Assembly: GCF_006345805.1 (NCBI RefSeq)
Contig: NC_043003.1
Coordinates: 6,262,001 to 6,326,000 of the forward strand
Source: Octopus sinensis
Lineage: Eukaryota
Reading direction: 5' to 3'
Length of the DNA: 64,000 nucleotides
Of this stretch, positions 1-14,403 are shown piece after piece. Below the pieces are notes generated by a model. It saw only the letters and a program-made list of their open reading frames with translations. It was not told where the DNA came from and searched no databases. Numbering within the stretch: position 1 is the first letter of the stretch; each line of letters opens with the position of its first letter. Made by a program: the position numbers and the translations under genes.

Positions 1-49
1 AAGGCGGTGCTCCAGCATGGCCGCAGTCAAATAACTGAAACAAATAAAA

Positions 50-93
<44 letters not shown>

Positions 94-319
94 TATTATT
101 AGGGCGGTGAGCTGGCAGAATCGTTACCTCGCCGAACAAATTACTTAGCGGCATTTCGTCCGTTTTTATGTTCTGAGTTCAAATTCTGGTCGACTTTGCC
201 TTTCATCCTTTCGATGAAAGGCAAAGTAATCGGCTGGTCCCCCTTCCCCAAAATTTCAGGCCTGGTGCCTTTAGTAGAAAGGATTATTATTATTATTATT
301 ATTATTATTTCATTTTCTC

Positions 320-530
320 TTTTTTATTTTTATAGCGTGCTTTCACTTCACTACCGAGCACAGCTCTGTGTGCCTTGGGTATGTGCTGTGATTTGTTGTG
401 ATGCTCTGATGGTTATTGTATGGAAAGTGTTCTGCGTAGGATGTGTGCAGTGCCTAGTAGTGCAATTTTCTGTATCTTATATGTGTTTGTAAGTCCTGGT
501 GTTTTTGTTATGTATTTGTCTGAATATGTT
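320..530 (-). mobile_element. Second, very short 3'-end copy of the same R4/Dong element
   Basis: Near-identical to ~690-892 and separated from it by (TAT)n. Confidence 0.85.
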
Positions 531-539
531 TTATTATTA

Positions 540-593
<54 letters not shown>

Positions 594-680
594 TATTATT
601 ATTATCATATTATTATTATATTATTATTATTACTATTATTATTATCATTATTATTATCATCACATTATTATTATTATTAT

Positions 681-1838
681 TCAGTAGTTTTATTTTTATA
701 GCGTGCTTTCACTTCACTACCGAGCGCAGCTCTGTGTGCCTTGGGTATGTGCTGTGATTTGTTGTGATGCTCTGATGGTTATTGTATGGAAAGTGTTCTG
801 CGTAGGATGTGTGCAGTGCCTAGTAGTGCAATTTTCTGTATCTTATAGTGTTTTTAAGTCCTGGTGTTTTTGTTATGTATTTGTCTGAATATTTTTTTAT
901 CATGCCTAATGCGCCTACTATGATAGGAATTGTTTCTGTTTTCAGGTTCCACATTCTAGTTACCTCTATTTCCAGGTCTTTGTATTTTGAGAGTTTCTCC
1001 ATTTCTTTTAGAGACACGTTGTCATCTGCGTGGTATTGGTACATAAATTAGAAGCATTTTTTTTTTCTTCATGATCTCTGACAACTATATCTGGTCTGTT
1101 GGCCTTAATTTCTCTATCTTGTGTATCGGCATATCCCAGAGTATGGTTGCTTTCTCGTTTTCTGTGACCTTTTCTGGTGTGTGCCTATACCATCTTTTTT
1201 CTGTTGTTATTCCATAATGTTGGCATAGCCTCCAATGTATGTAGGTTCCAACTCTGTCATGTCTCTGAATATATTCCTTCTTAGCCAGGACTGGGCAGCT
1301 AGAGATAATATGATTTATTGTTTCTTGTCCATCTCCACATATTCTGCAGTTACTTGTAATATTTCTTTTCATTACATGTTTTTGGTAATTTCTGGTGGGG
1401 AGGCTTTGGTCTTGTGCTGCAATTAAAAATCCCTCTGTTTCTGCTTTGAGTCCTGAGCTTCTCAACCATTGCTGGGATTTTTCTTAGTCTATTTCTTTTT
1501 CCGCGTTTAGTTTAGTCCAGTATTTACCATGAAGGGGCTTTTCCTTGCCATCGTTTATTATCATGGTTCGTTGCTGTTCTATTTTTAGTTTGGATTTCAT
1601 TTGTTTTATAGCTTTTGTTGTTTCTTCATCATCTTCTTCTTCTTCGTGTTTATTAGGTGGTATGATTTCTTGTTTGTATTTGTCAGCTTCCTTAAATACT
1701 GAGAACAGTTTTTTGTTTTGCTCGTGTTTTGCTGCTATCTGGATCAGTTTTCCTTCCTTCTGAAGTAGGTATTTTTGCAGTCCTATGGTGGTTATTTTAT
1801 AGTAGTTTTCCAGCTGTATAAGGCCTCTACCACCTTCT
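681..1838 (-). mobile_element. 5'-truncated R4/Dong-clade non-LTR retrotransposon (CCHC knuckle + restriction-like endonuclease), frameshifted
   Basis: GGRGL; ETEGFLIAAQDQSL; CRICGDGQETINHIISSC; RHD; WD..I....NRPD; EKLSKYKDL; PIIVGALG; ALLGTAHILRR. The 3' end runs into (TAA)n and both flanks are (TAT/TAA)n. Confidence 0.88.
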
Positions 1839-1845
1839 ATTATTA

Positions 1846-1912
<67 letters not shown>

Positions 1913-4282
1913 GAAGAAGAATGCGGTGAGCTGGCAAAATCGTTAGCAAGATGGGGGAAATGCTTTGTAGCATTTCGTCCGTCTTTATGATCTGAGTTCA
2001 AATCCTGCCGAGGTCAACTTTACCTTTCATCATTTCGGGGTCGATAAATTGAGTACCAGTTGAACACTGGGGTCGGTGTGACCGACTAACCCTCCACTAC
2101 CCCGAATTTGCTGGTCTTGTGCCAAAGAAACCAATATTTGACGAAGGAGATATTGCATTGAGATTGCTCAGTATAAGCTGTAGGCTGTATGTTGTATATG
2201 AGTGCGTGTGTGTGTGTGTGTATGTGTGTGTGAGTCCTGAGATACACTACTCAATATGCATGCGGTACCCAGTAATCTTATTTTTGTATGTGTAACTCTT
2301 GTGCTACTCCGCTGTAATGTCCATGCAATTCCAAATAGAAGCACTCATATACGCAAATACGCAACTCTTTAGATTTTGGCGACATATTTGTTTGCATCTC
2401 TTAATAAACCCATTCCAAAACCCATATTATAGAGATTCTGTCTATTTTCTAACCTCACATGAAGGATAGCGTGTCTATTTTAAGACGTACGGGCTGCCAT
2501 AGATTGAATCGAACTCCCGTGCATAGCTGGTTATTATTTCATCTCACATAGACATGCGACTAATTTCTGCTTGTCATTATCGTGCGTCCCACAGAAGGAA
2601 GAGAGAAATTAACATTGACACATATACTGACTTAGAAAATCAGTTATTGTATTAAATAAACTAATTTGGTTATTTGAGCAGAGATACCACCTGCATGACA
2701 AAAGCAAATAGTTAAGTAGCTGTTAATGAATACTCAACAACAATTAAAAGATAATTATGCGGTGAGAAAACAGGTCGCCAAGTAAGGGAGATAATTTGAG
2801 AATGTTTCTTATTTCATTATTGCCCACAAGGGGCTAAACATAGAGAGGACAAACAAGGACAGAGAAAGGGATTTAAGTCGATTACATCGACCCCAGTGCG
2901 TAACTGGTACTTAATTTATCGACCCCGAAAGGATGAAAGGCAAAGTCGACCTCGGCGGAATTTGAACTCAGTACGTAGTGGCAGACGAAATACCTATTTC
3001 TTTACTACCCACAAGAGGCTAAACATAGAGGGGACAAACAAGGACAGACAAACGGATTAAGTCGATTATATCGACCCCAGTGCGTAACTGGTACTTAATT
3101 TATCGACCTCAAAAGGATGAAAGGCAAAGTTGACTTTGGCGGAATTTGAACTCAGAACGTGAAGACGGACGAAATGTCGCTAAGCATTTTACCCGGAGTG
3201 CTAACGTTTCTGCCAGCTCGCCGCCTTTGAAGATGTTTCTGCCTTATAAAACTTCATCAGCATAGCAGAATCTTCGCCGGTCTTGCAGAAGTGGCAGATG
3301 TTAGAATAACTGTTGGTATTGTTGTTTAACTCCAAAGAACAGTTCTATGACCAAAGACATTCCTGCCATGACGACCTTGTTGTTGTTCAAGCGCAGGTTA
3401 GTCCTGATTCAACACATCTGTAATGAAAGATCTTCCCTCCATGACCGTCACGTCTATTTTAGACATGATATAATAAAGATTACATCATTTAACTAACCCT
3501 ACTTTACCACATTTTAAGACTATCCGGCGCGATTTGAGGAAGATTCGACTACTGTTTCTAACAGATCATGCCACCAAGTCCATCTCTCCACTTGATTCGG
3601 TGGTCTACTATTTTAGCCAAGTGGTAATCTGTCTTGTTAATGACCACAACCCATTTGGATGACCGGCCAAGAATCACTTTCTTAATGTGACATGGCCTTC
3701 AGCTAAAGAGAGAAAATATATAATAATAATAATAATAAGGGTATGTAAGTTAGTGGTAGACGTTCGTTATGTGTAGACTATATGTGATATCCTGTTAGTT
3801 GAATATTAAATCAGAACTAAACATGTTCAGGAGTGGTCCATTGCCAGACATTAAAACGATTCGCACAAAGCAACAGCAACTTACATTGATGAGACTGAAA
3901 TATTCATAGAGAACTCATTAATCTTTCTAATATACATATATATATATGTATATATATGAGGTGGAGTGCGTGTGCGCATATATGTGGCTGTGTTTGTGAG
4001 TATACATCTGTGTAGGCTCATATATCCATACATGTATGTATTAGTGTATACGCATATACACGATACACATGTATATGTAGATATGTGTCTATGTGTATAT
4101 ATATATATACATACATATATATGTATATACATATAAATAGATACACATGTATGTATAAAAATACACATATATACATATATATACACACATATACACAAAT
4201 ATACATATATACTCATATACGTATTTATCTGTTTATAATCAAATATTTATATATATATATATACACACATATGCGCGCGCGC

Positions 4283-4315
<33 letters not shown>

Positions 4316-4668
4316 ATTCTATCTTTTCTGTTGTCAAAGAATATATTTCTCCAGCGTTCGCTATTTTACCCTCGTTCTGGTCTAACGACCCTCCATGTTT
4401 GTTTTCGTTCAGTTTTCTTGTATGTTTCCACTGTCCTGTTTTTGTTTCCAACTTTGACCCTCCATAGATCCCAAATTTTATTTTAGTACTTATGGGAGCA
4501 ACTGTCTTCGAAGACTCATATTGTCGGTCAATGCTCAAAATGAGGAGTAGACAGACAGCCGGCAACTGATGAAGGGTCGTTCTTTATATTACTTGTCCTG
4601 TTTTCCATTTGTTTCTCTCGTTTCATTTGCTTTCGTATCTCATGTTTACTGTTGGTGATGTCCTGTAC

Positions 4669-4711
<43 letters not shown>

Positions 4712-4720
4712 AACATATAT

Positions 4721-4770
<50 letters not shown>

Positions 4771-4867
4771 TGTGTATATATATATATATATATATACACA
4801 CAAACATATATATATATATATATACACACAAACATATATAATATATAAATATATATATATATATGTT

Positions 4868-4925
<58 letters not shown>

Positions 4926-4943
4926 CATATATATATACATATA

Positions 4944-4974
<31 letters not shown>

Positions 4975-5290
4975 ATATGTGTGTGTGTGTGAAGGTGCAA
5001 TGGCTTAGTGGTTAGGGCAGCGGTCGTAGGATCGCGGTTTCGATTCCCAGACCGGGCGTTGTGAGTGTTTATTAAGCGAAAATACCTAAAAGCTCCACGA
5101 TGCTCCGGTAGGGTGTGGTGGTGATCCCTGCTGTAATCTTTCACCACAACTTTCTCTCACTCTTTCTTCTGTTGGCCTGCTCGCTTAGCCAGCGGGGTGG
5201 CGTCATTTGAAGGCTAAAACAATGCGAAGCGCATTGTGACCAGCGATGTGTAGCAACATCTGATGGCCTGGTCGGTCACGTGATCACGTG

Positions 5291-5334
<44 letters not shown>

Positions 5335-5674
5335 CATACACAGACACACACAGAGAGAGTCAGGTAGACAGTCAGACAGGCGGATAGCCATGATCTCTTT
5401 TACTAGAGATTTCTTAACGTTTCTCTACAGAAATATCTCTAATATTACTCTTTTTGTCAAGATATGCATTCGAATGTTACACTCTCAAAAGGAAACGACC
5501 TCGTTTTGGTCGCTCTGCTCTTCTTAGTTGTTAAGCAATAAGGGAAGGAGAAAGTAGTACGAGCGTTAGTGGGAGGTGTGAGAAAGGTCAGAGGAGAAAC
5601 AGCAATTCTTAATTGTTACTTAAATCTATATATTTTTTATTACTGTTACTATTAGTATTACTATAGAAAACTAT

Positions 5675-6712
5675 TAGACCAGTTTGAGTCAAAAGCTTTT
5701 CGGACTTTTTCACTGGTAAATTTTGGCAACTTGTACCGCCATGTTATATCGTTAATTTGATACAACATGTTGTCCAATCGTTGCTGAATTGTTTATCCTT
5801 TATTTTCCAGATTTGATAATGAGTCGTGAAAAATTTGCAATTAAAGCCATTTTACTCAACTTGTGACGGTAAAGGTTCGCGGCAAAGGACATTATGGAGA
5901 AGGCCCAGGAACTGTCAAGGAACGTGTAGTAGAAAACTGGTTCAGACATTTCAAGGAGGTTGACACAAGCCTCGAAGAAAAACCAATGTCAGGGAAATCT
6001 TTTGCTGTGGAAGATAAGGCCTTAATTGAAATAATTGAGCAACAGCCAGGCACAAACACTTGTACATTGTCGGCAAGACTTGGTCTTTCACAAAGCACCA
6101 TCAGTCGACGCCTCCATCAGCTCGGTCGGGTTAACAGACGCTGTCGAAAAGTTACTCGTGAACTGACCAGTAACCAGACTCAATGACGTGTGAACATCTG
6201 CAAACAAGTGTTGTCAAGTCCTCTAGGTAACCGTTTTCGGCGTCGAATTGCAACTGGAGATGAAAAACGGGTGTATTTTCGTAATCCTAATATGAGAAAT
6301 AGGTGGCTTCGTTATAACCAGGCTTCAGAACCTGTTGTCAAAGAAGGGCTGCCAATCTGACCAAGTGCAAACTTGAGGAACTTGAGGGGCTGGAAGTACT
6401 GCCTCACCTTGTCTACAGTCCAGATCCCTTGCACCATCAGATCATCACCTTTTCTGAACCAGTGCTCATTTCCTGCACAATCGGAGCTTCAGCAATATGG
6501 ACGATGTCGAAAACGGAGGCAGGGAGTTTTTTGCCTCTGAGCCCGGCAAATGTTTTAAGCGTGGAACCGAAATTCAGGCATAGCAATTGGCAACAGACAA
6601 CAGAATATCATGGGATATATTTTGGTAACTAAACGCTTTTCGTATGTAATTTGTTTGAATTGTTAATTAAGGCTTGAAAAAGGAAAAAATGCTTTTCACT
6701 CCACCCGGTAGT
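5675..6712 (+). mobile_element. Decayed mariner (DD34D-type) transposon with internal deletion
   Basis: WFRHFK...LEEKP; STISRRLHQLG; IATGDEK; EVLPH..YSPD. Degenerate TIRs at ~5677-5711 and ~6676-6710. Confidence 0.85.
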
Positions 6713-7000
6713 GCTACTAATACTAAGACGTAGTACACGGCCGAATAGGGGTGGAAACGATGAAATCAAGAAGATAAAGGATATTTGGGGCGCACAGTGA
6801 ATAAATTTTCATTAAAAAGGCATTTTATGCCCTATTTTTAAAAAGTTTAACACAACTTTCATCCTTTCTCCAACAAATCGAACGCCAGTTCACTGTGATA
6901 TCTACTTCCTGTCATCGTCTTTTAATATTCAGGACATGACAGTCCTGTTTAGTTTTCTTTGTATCTTATTCTATTTAATAAAGGTATTGCTATCGTCTTC

Positions 7001-7230
7001 CGGCGAGCTGGCAGAAACGTTAGCACGCTGGGCGGAATGCTTAGCGGTGTTTCGTCTGCCGCTACGTTCTGAGTTCAAATTCCGCCGAGGCCGACTTTGC
7101 CTTTCATCCTTTCGGGGTCTATTGAATAAGTACCAGTTACGTACTGGGGTCGATATAATCGACTTAATCCGTTTGTTTGTCCTCTCTGTGTTTAGCCCCT
7201 TGTGGGTAGTAAAGAAATAGGTATTTCGTC
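7001..7230 (+). mobile_element. SINE family A (representative copy)
   Basis: ggcgagctggcagaa (A-box-like)...gagttcaaattcc (B-box)...gcctttcatcctttcggggtcgat core. Other copies at ~102-283, 1922-2135, 2810-3228(-), 11400-11660, 12308-12455(-), 23330-23580(-), 53970-54205, 57273-57445, 62365-62500(-). Confidence 0.85.
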
Positions 7231-7939
7231 TTCGTTTTCAAATGGTACAGCAATTTGGCTGCCATTTCTAGTGGATTGATTGACGCATAAAGCTAGCTAT
7301 CTATATTTGTGAATGTCGTAGTAGCTATTGTTAATGGTTGTTAGGGCTGATGTTTAGCACCAGGTGACCTGTGTTCAACGACGTGCCAACCGTGACCTTC
7401 TGCTTCCATACAATGTATTCTCCTCCAAGATGGAGACTGCTATTTGATGTATATCGATAACAATATACATCCTTAGTGAGTGTATATATTTACTACACTT
7501 CTACTGAGTGTATACTAGTAAACCTAATGCACACAACTTTAGCGAGGGTATATAAGTGCTCTTACTCGGGAGACAGGGCTAATTAAAGATGTGCAATTAG
7601 TAATCTTTTAATTAAAGTTATGTAATTAAGAATGCGAAAAAGGAGTTGTATTTAATGAATACGTAATTAGGAAGATAGAGATGGTGAATTGTATTTAGGG
7701 AGCTATGGTGGTGGTGGTGGTGGTGGTGGTGGTGGCGGTAGTGTGGGTGGGGGTGATGGGGGAGGGAGGGTTCTTGACGGTAGTAGATGATGATGGGTAA
7801 GGATGTAGTGGTGGTAGTGGTGTTGTAGTTGTGTTGATGTACCATGTGTTGATGTATGGCGGGTAGTAGTGGTATTTTGGTACGTGTGAAGGCTGTAGTG
7901 TAGTGATGGTGTAGTTATACCAGTAATGATGGTGTGGCT

Positions 7940-7975
<36 letters not shown>

Positions 7976-8029
7976 CAGTTGTGGCGACAGTATGATATTC
8001 ACACAAACCTATCGTTTATTCCTTCAAAA

Positions 8030-8443
8030 CTCAGACCTACCCCTATCGCTCAAACCTACCCCTATCGCTCAAACCTACCCCTATCGCTCAGACCTAACCC
8101 CTATCGCTCAGACCTACCCCCTATCGCTCAGACCTACCCCCTATCGCTCAAACCTATCCCTATCGCTCAGACCTACCCATATCGCTCAGACCTACCCCCT
8201 ATCGCTCAGACCTACCCCTATCACTCAGACCTACCCCCTATCGCTCAGACCTACCCCTATCGCTCAGACCTACCCCCTATCGCTCAGGTCTACCCCTATC
8301 GCTCAGACCTACCCCTATCGCTCAGACCTACCCCCTATCGCTCAGACCTACCCCTATCGCTCAGACCTACCCCCTATCGCTCAGACCTACCCCTATCGCT
8401 CAGACCTACCCCCTATCGCTCAGATCTACCCCTATCGCTCAGA
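8030..8443 (+). repeat. Minisatellite, 19-20 bp unit CTCAGACCTACCCC(C)TATCG, about 21 copies
   Basis: Direct head-to-tail repeats with no unique spacers. Confidence 0.95.
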
Positions 8444-9357
8444 CACAGTCACCGGAGATGTTCTTTCAGCCATTGATACAACTCCATGCTCAATGTCACA
8501 GCTTATTGGTTAGACACAACAGCTCGACAATATGGCTCGACCAATCACTACTGGTGGACTTGTTATGGTTGATGTGATGAACTTCCGTGGAACCCTGAGC
8601 ACTTTTCCTTACGGTTATAAAATTAGATTGAGACCTCAACCCCATATGAATGCTACTCAGTATACCTCGAGGGGATACGTCACAGAGCTCTGTGTGTCTC
8701 TCACCCTTTTACTTTTCCCTTCTTAACATGCTTGTATCGTATTCAACAAGAGTTATCAGCCTCGAAGAGTGATGTCGAATCATGTACACTGCTTTATATT
8801 CAGAAGTTCTCATACTTTCTACTTATTTCGTCTTCAATAACTACGAACTTATTTCATATCATCTCGCATGTTTTTTGAGGGGTTTTTTTTCTACAAAAGT
8901 TTCCTAATTATTGTTTGTTATCTCATGAATGTTGCTCCATGAAATCAAATATGTGTGTACACATGTAAAAATAAACAATGAAGATTAATAAGACTGTATG
9001 AAAACTGAAATGCATATTAGCGTGGTCCTTCTAGCTTTCATATTGTTTACAGCCAACGAAGAATTAAGGACTAAAATCCCACACAAAACAGTGATGCCCT
9101 ATACTTGCACATATAATCTTTTAGTGGGGTATTGAGGGCCTGATTTCTAACTTAGGCTCAAGATCAAACATTACGGTGGAGGGATCAATCAGCCATATCG
9201 ATTGCAGAATTTAAGGACTTAGCTGAAGCTTATTTTATCGATTCTAACAAATCTGTGCAACAGAAACAGAAGAACAAAACGGAAAATTCTTGTTATTCCG
9301 TCATCACTTTATAGCCCACCAGATCGATCGTCCTCTCTGGGGATGAATTAAAATAAT

Positions 9358-9880
9358 ATATAATAATGAAATTATTGTATACAGTGCTCAGGTGCACCAC
9401 AACTTGTCAAAAGTGCGTAAAAAGCATGTGTAGTAATGTACAAGTGTCTGGAAAGCGAACAGAGTATGAGTCAGATACATGCTTGCGTGTGTATGGAGGG
9501 GAGGAAATCAGGTGTAGTGTTGGCGAATCTCAGGAAGCATGGAAGTTTTGAAGAATGCAGTGCTCCGACAACTAACAACTGGTGCTGGCAGTTTGTTCCA
9601 TGCTTCAGCAACTCTTAGCGTGAAAAAATGTTTCCATAAGTCATGGAAGCTGTGCTGTTTTCTGACTTTGTAAACATGTCCTGATGGAGGGTATTCTCTT
9701 GGTTGCACGTCGCTGAACGGCTTCCAGACAATTAATATCCTGGGCAAGATAGGGGTTCCAGACCGGTGGTGCAAATTCCAGGTGAGGTCGTACCATAGCT
9801 ATATAAATCCGCAGATAGATAGCCGGAGAGCGGCTCACAAAGGACTTGGTGATATGGCGGATAATTTTACTCGCGGGGAC
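9358..9880 (-). mobile_element. CR1-like LINE 3' fragment (internally deleted)
   Basis: MVRPHLEFAPPVWNPYL..DINCLEAVQRRATK and FFTLRVAEAWNKLP motifs. 3' UTR is shared with 16860-17150. Confidence 0.85.
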
Positions 9881-10378
9881 ACTACAAGGAAATATGGCAG
9901 ACATGCAATAATTATGATTTAGCTTTAATCAAATTTCTTGGTGCTTATACAAAATGATGAAATATATCCTAATTTTTAAAAGAAAATTTATAAAACAATT
10001 TTATCTTTTGTCTAACTCCTCCCACAACTACTCTGTCACTTGTTACCTCCCCTCCTATGTCACAAGACTTCTTTCTCCCTCACTGTGTGTCGCTTTACTC
10101 ATTGCCTGCCACCAAATCTAGTATGTGCAGTCATTCTGCACTTTCTAACCGTCTCTGTGTGTCTCTTCATTCTCCCTCACTACTCTTTATACGATGAAAA
10201 GCATGATTGGAAAAAACCAACATTTATATGCCAAACGTTTAGTTGCACCACATCAATGGCCTGTAAAACATGGAGGGGATACTGTCGCAGCCTGCACAAT
10301 ATTGCGTGTGTGTGTGTGTGTGTGTGTTTGTGTGTTTGTGTGTCTGTGGGGGTGCGAGTGTGTGTGTGTGTGTTTGTT

Positions 10379-10409
<31 letters not shown>

Positions 10410-10490
10410 GTGTGTGTGTGTGTGTGTTTGTAGGGGGTGCGAGTGTGTGTGCTGGAAGTTTTCGCTAAGCAACAGTAGAATGTTACATAC

Positions 10491-10836
10491 CTGACACGAA
10501 GCGAATGTTTAAGGTAAGATCGAATGTGAAACGGTGAACTGGGATTGATATACTTTGGCGATTTTGGTAAGTCTCCCCTTTAGAAGAAAATGGTGGAACA
10601 AAGAAAAACCAGTAAAACAACCAGAAGCAAAAATATAAATAAATAAATCTTTATAACATCGTAAGTTTGAACAAAGTTGGACAAGGAATCAACGAGAAGA
10701 CCGTAATTAGATTGAATATGTTTCCATAAATTCTTCCAAATAGTGAGATTTATTTGAAAGATAGCAAAGTCGAGTCGCCTGAGGAATTTATGAAGCCTTC
10801 CAGAGGTGGAAAATCCCAAATTTTGATAATTAAAAT
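10491..10836 (-). other. Candidate internal exon of the same minus-strand gene
   Basis: Acceptor caattacag (AG at 10838-10837), donor GTATGT at 10490. Phase 1 entry matches the 15058 donor and gives ...IKIYLFIFLLLVVLLVFLCSTIFF* (hydrophobic). In-frame stop at 10582-10580. Confidence 0.25.
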
Positions 10837-11093
10837 CTGTAATTGAATAGTGATATTTGTATTCGGTGAATCTGTTGGAACTGTTTAGTATTCATGGGTT
10901 GTATCATCGAGTGGTGAGGCCTACTAAAGATGGCTGCCTTCCCATCGACAACGCACTGATATATTATCATTGCCGCCAAATACACAAGCGCTAATCTGGT
11001 CTGCTTTCTTCACAAACTCATCAGTGTCCAGAAAAGCTAAGCTAAATATATTGCTTTTCAGTTACGTGCTGGGGACTGGCTCGAATTGGTGTG

Positions 11094-11154
<61 letters not shown>

Positions 11155-11189
11155 GGGTAGTTGTTGTAGCGCCGGCAACAACAACAGTT

Positions 11190-11228
<39 letters not shown>

Positions 11229-12655
11229 TGCGTGTTGTTTTTCTTAATCCCCACTTCATTGATGCTCCTGTGTCAGTAGTAGTAGTAGTAGAAGTAGTAG
11301 TGGAGGTAGTTGTTGTATCAGCGGTGCCAGCAGCAACAGTAGTAGTGGTAGTAGTAGTACTAGTATTGTTTTTCTTAATCCCCCTCATTGATGCTCCCGT
11401 GTCAGGGGTCGATAAAATAAATACCAGTCAAGTACTGAGGTCAATGTAATCAACTGATCCGCCCTCCCCCATGCCCGTCACCAACTAAAATCACGTGGTG
11501 AGCTGGCAAAATCGTTTGCACGCTGTCTTTATGTTCTGAGTTCAAATTCCGCTGAGGTTGACTTTGCCTTTCATCCTTTCGGGGTCGATTAAACAAGTAC
11601 CAGTTGAGTACTAGAGTCGTCCCCCAAAATTTCTGGCCTTGTGCCACAATTTGAAATCGTTATGATGATGATGATGACGATGATGATGATGATGATGAAA
11701 GCAAGATGGCAGAACCGTTAGTGCGTGGGACAAAATTCTCAGCAGCTTTTCTCCCATCTTTGTTTTCATCAACCTCAAACAAATACATCATTTCGGGTTG
11801 TCTCCTGTTTCGACTATTTGGATAGTGCCTCGGTGTTTAGACATGGTTGTATCTCTTCTTTTAAAGCTCTTCTCGCCCCGGGTCTCTGATACGAAACCGG
11901 AATGGACGTTCTTTGTTTGTAGAATTCAGCAGCAAATTATTTACTAATGCATCTTGATGTCTGCCTATCTGATATTAATTGTTTTGAGCAGGTAAAACCG
12001 GGAGAATCAAATGATTTGTAGATCACCGTGACCGACCGGGCAATCAGATGTTGCTACACATCGCTGGTCACAATACGCTTCGCATTGTTTTAGAGCCTTC
12101 AAATGACGCCACCCCGCTGGCTAAGCGAGCAGGTCAACAGAAGAAAAGTGAAGAAGTTGTGGCGAAAGAGTACAGCAGGGATCGCCACCCCCTGCGGATC
12201 CTCGTGGACTTTAGGTGTTTTTGCTCAATAAACACTCACAACGCCCGTCTGGGAATCGAAACCGCGATCCTACGACCGGAGTCCGCTGCCTTACCACTGG
12301 GCCACACGTAAATCGATTATATCGATTCCAGTGCGTAACTGTACTTATTTAATCGACCCCGAAGGATGAAGGCAAGTCGACCTCGGCGGGAATTTGAACT
12401 CAGAACGTAACGGCAGGCGAAATACCACTAAGCATTTCTGCCAGCTCGCCGCCTTCTACAGAGGTATATGCATATATGTGCGTGTGTGTATGGGACCGTG
12501 TGTAAACGTGGACGCGTGTGTGTGTGTATGTGTGTGTTTGAGTGTACGTCTGCGATGATCAGAGACAGAGATGAGTGGGGGAAAAGGGGGTGAATTCGAT
12601 AAATATTTTTTTGTAAATACACACACATACATATACACACACACACATACATACA

Positions 12656-12691
<36 letters not shown>

Positions 12692-12766
12692 TACAGATAT
12701 AATGGACACATATTTATACACATGCACACACACACACACACATACATACATAAATACAGATATAAT

Positions 12767-12804
<38 letters not shown>

Positions 12805-13444
12805 TATATATATATATATATATATCGAATATTGGCAGATTAACAGAATGGAGTTTTGAGGATAAAGTGAGAGTGAGAGGGGAGACTCACTTGGAGGGCA
12901 GGTAAGTGTGGGGAGTGAAAAGGTGAGTGAGGGAGAGGTAATAACTGAGTGGTCAGTAATTTTGAGTGAGAGTATGAGCGAAAGTATGAGAGTATGAGAG
13001 GTGGGGGAGTAAGTGGGAGAGTGCCGCTTTGTGTTTGGTTCGGTGCAGAGTTGGGAGAGGGAGAGAGAGAGAGAGAGAGAGAGGGGTGAAGTAAGGAGAA
13101 GTAGAGGAGTAGCATTGTGAGAATGAAAGAAAGAGAGAGAGAGAGAGAGAGAGAGGCGGGAAGAGGTGTAGCGGGAGGGAAGGGAATAGAAGAGAGAGAG
13201 AGGGTGGGGGGAGATTGAGAGTGATGAGTGAAAAGAAAGAATGGGAAAAGGGGGGGGTGAGATGTTAGAATCTAGTTTTAAACATGTGGAAGAGGAGGAG
13301 GAGGAGGGGAGGAGGAGGAAGGGTGAGGAGGAGGAGGAGGAAGGAGAGGTAAATATAGAAATAACTTTGATTAAATTGTCGATATATGAACTTGTGACTT
13401 CTGTTGACTTCTCTTATACATTCAGAAGTAAATATATATATATA

Positions 13445-13482
<38 letters not shown>

Positions 13483-13972
13483 TACACATATAGACATATA
13501 GACATACACAACACACACATATTACATATCTCTCTTTTACTCTCTTTACTTGTTTCAGTCATTTGACTGCGGCCATGCTGGAGCACCGCCTTTAGTCGAG
13601 CAATCGCAAACCCCCCTCCCCCCCAAGACTTATTCTTGTAAGCCTAGTACTTATTCGTGCTCTCATTTGCCGAACCACTAAGTTACTGGGGACGTAACAC
13701 ACCAGCATCAGTTGTCACCGATGTTGGTGGGGGGACAACACAGACACACACAAACACACACACACACATATATATACATCATATACGACGGGCTTCTTTC
13801 AGTTTCCGTCTACCAAATCCACTCACAGGGCTTTGGTCGACCCGAGCTATAGTAGAAGACACCTGCCCAAGGTACCAAGCAGTGGGACTGAACCCGGAAC
13901 CAAGTGTCTGTAAGCAAGCTAATTACACACAGCCACTCCTGCGCCTGTATATATATATATATATATATATAA

Positions 13973-14015
<43 letters not shown>

Positions 14016-14115
14016 TATATATATATATATATATCTATATATAATATATATTATATATATAGATTATTATATATATATATATAATTTAATATATAATAAT
14101 AGATATATATAATAC

Positions 14116-14358
14116 AGGTACACCTTATTGAAATTGAAAAATTACAGGTACACCTCATTTTTTCCAGCTGAGTGGACTGGAGCGATGCGAATTAAGTGTC
14201 TTGCTCAGGACACAACGTGTCACCTGAAACCGAACTCTGCTGGAGAAAAATGGTCAGTTAAGGCATGTGCGTATGTTAAAGTATTTGTGTGTATATATAT
14301 GTGTGTGTTGTGTGTGTGTTGTGTGTGTGTGTGTGGCCTGTATGAATGTTTGGTGTAT

Positions 14359-14403
<45 letters not shown>

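Noticed and set aside
7934-8513. Repetitive PIAQTYPYRSDL protein
   Set aside because: 19/20-bp units shift frame, so the same peptide appears in all frames; a minisatellite artefact.
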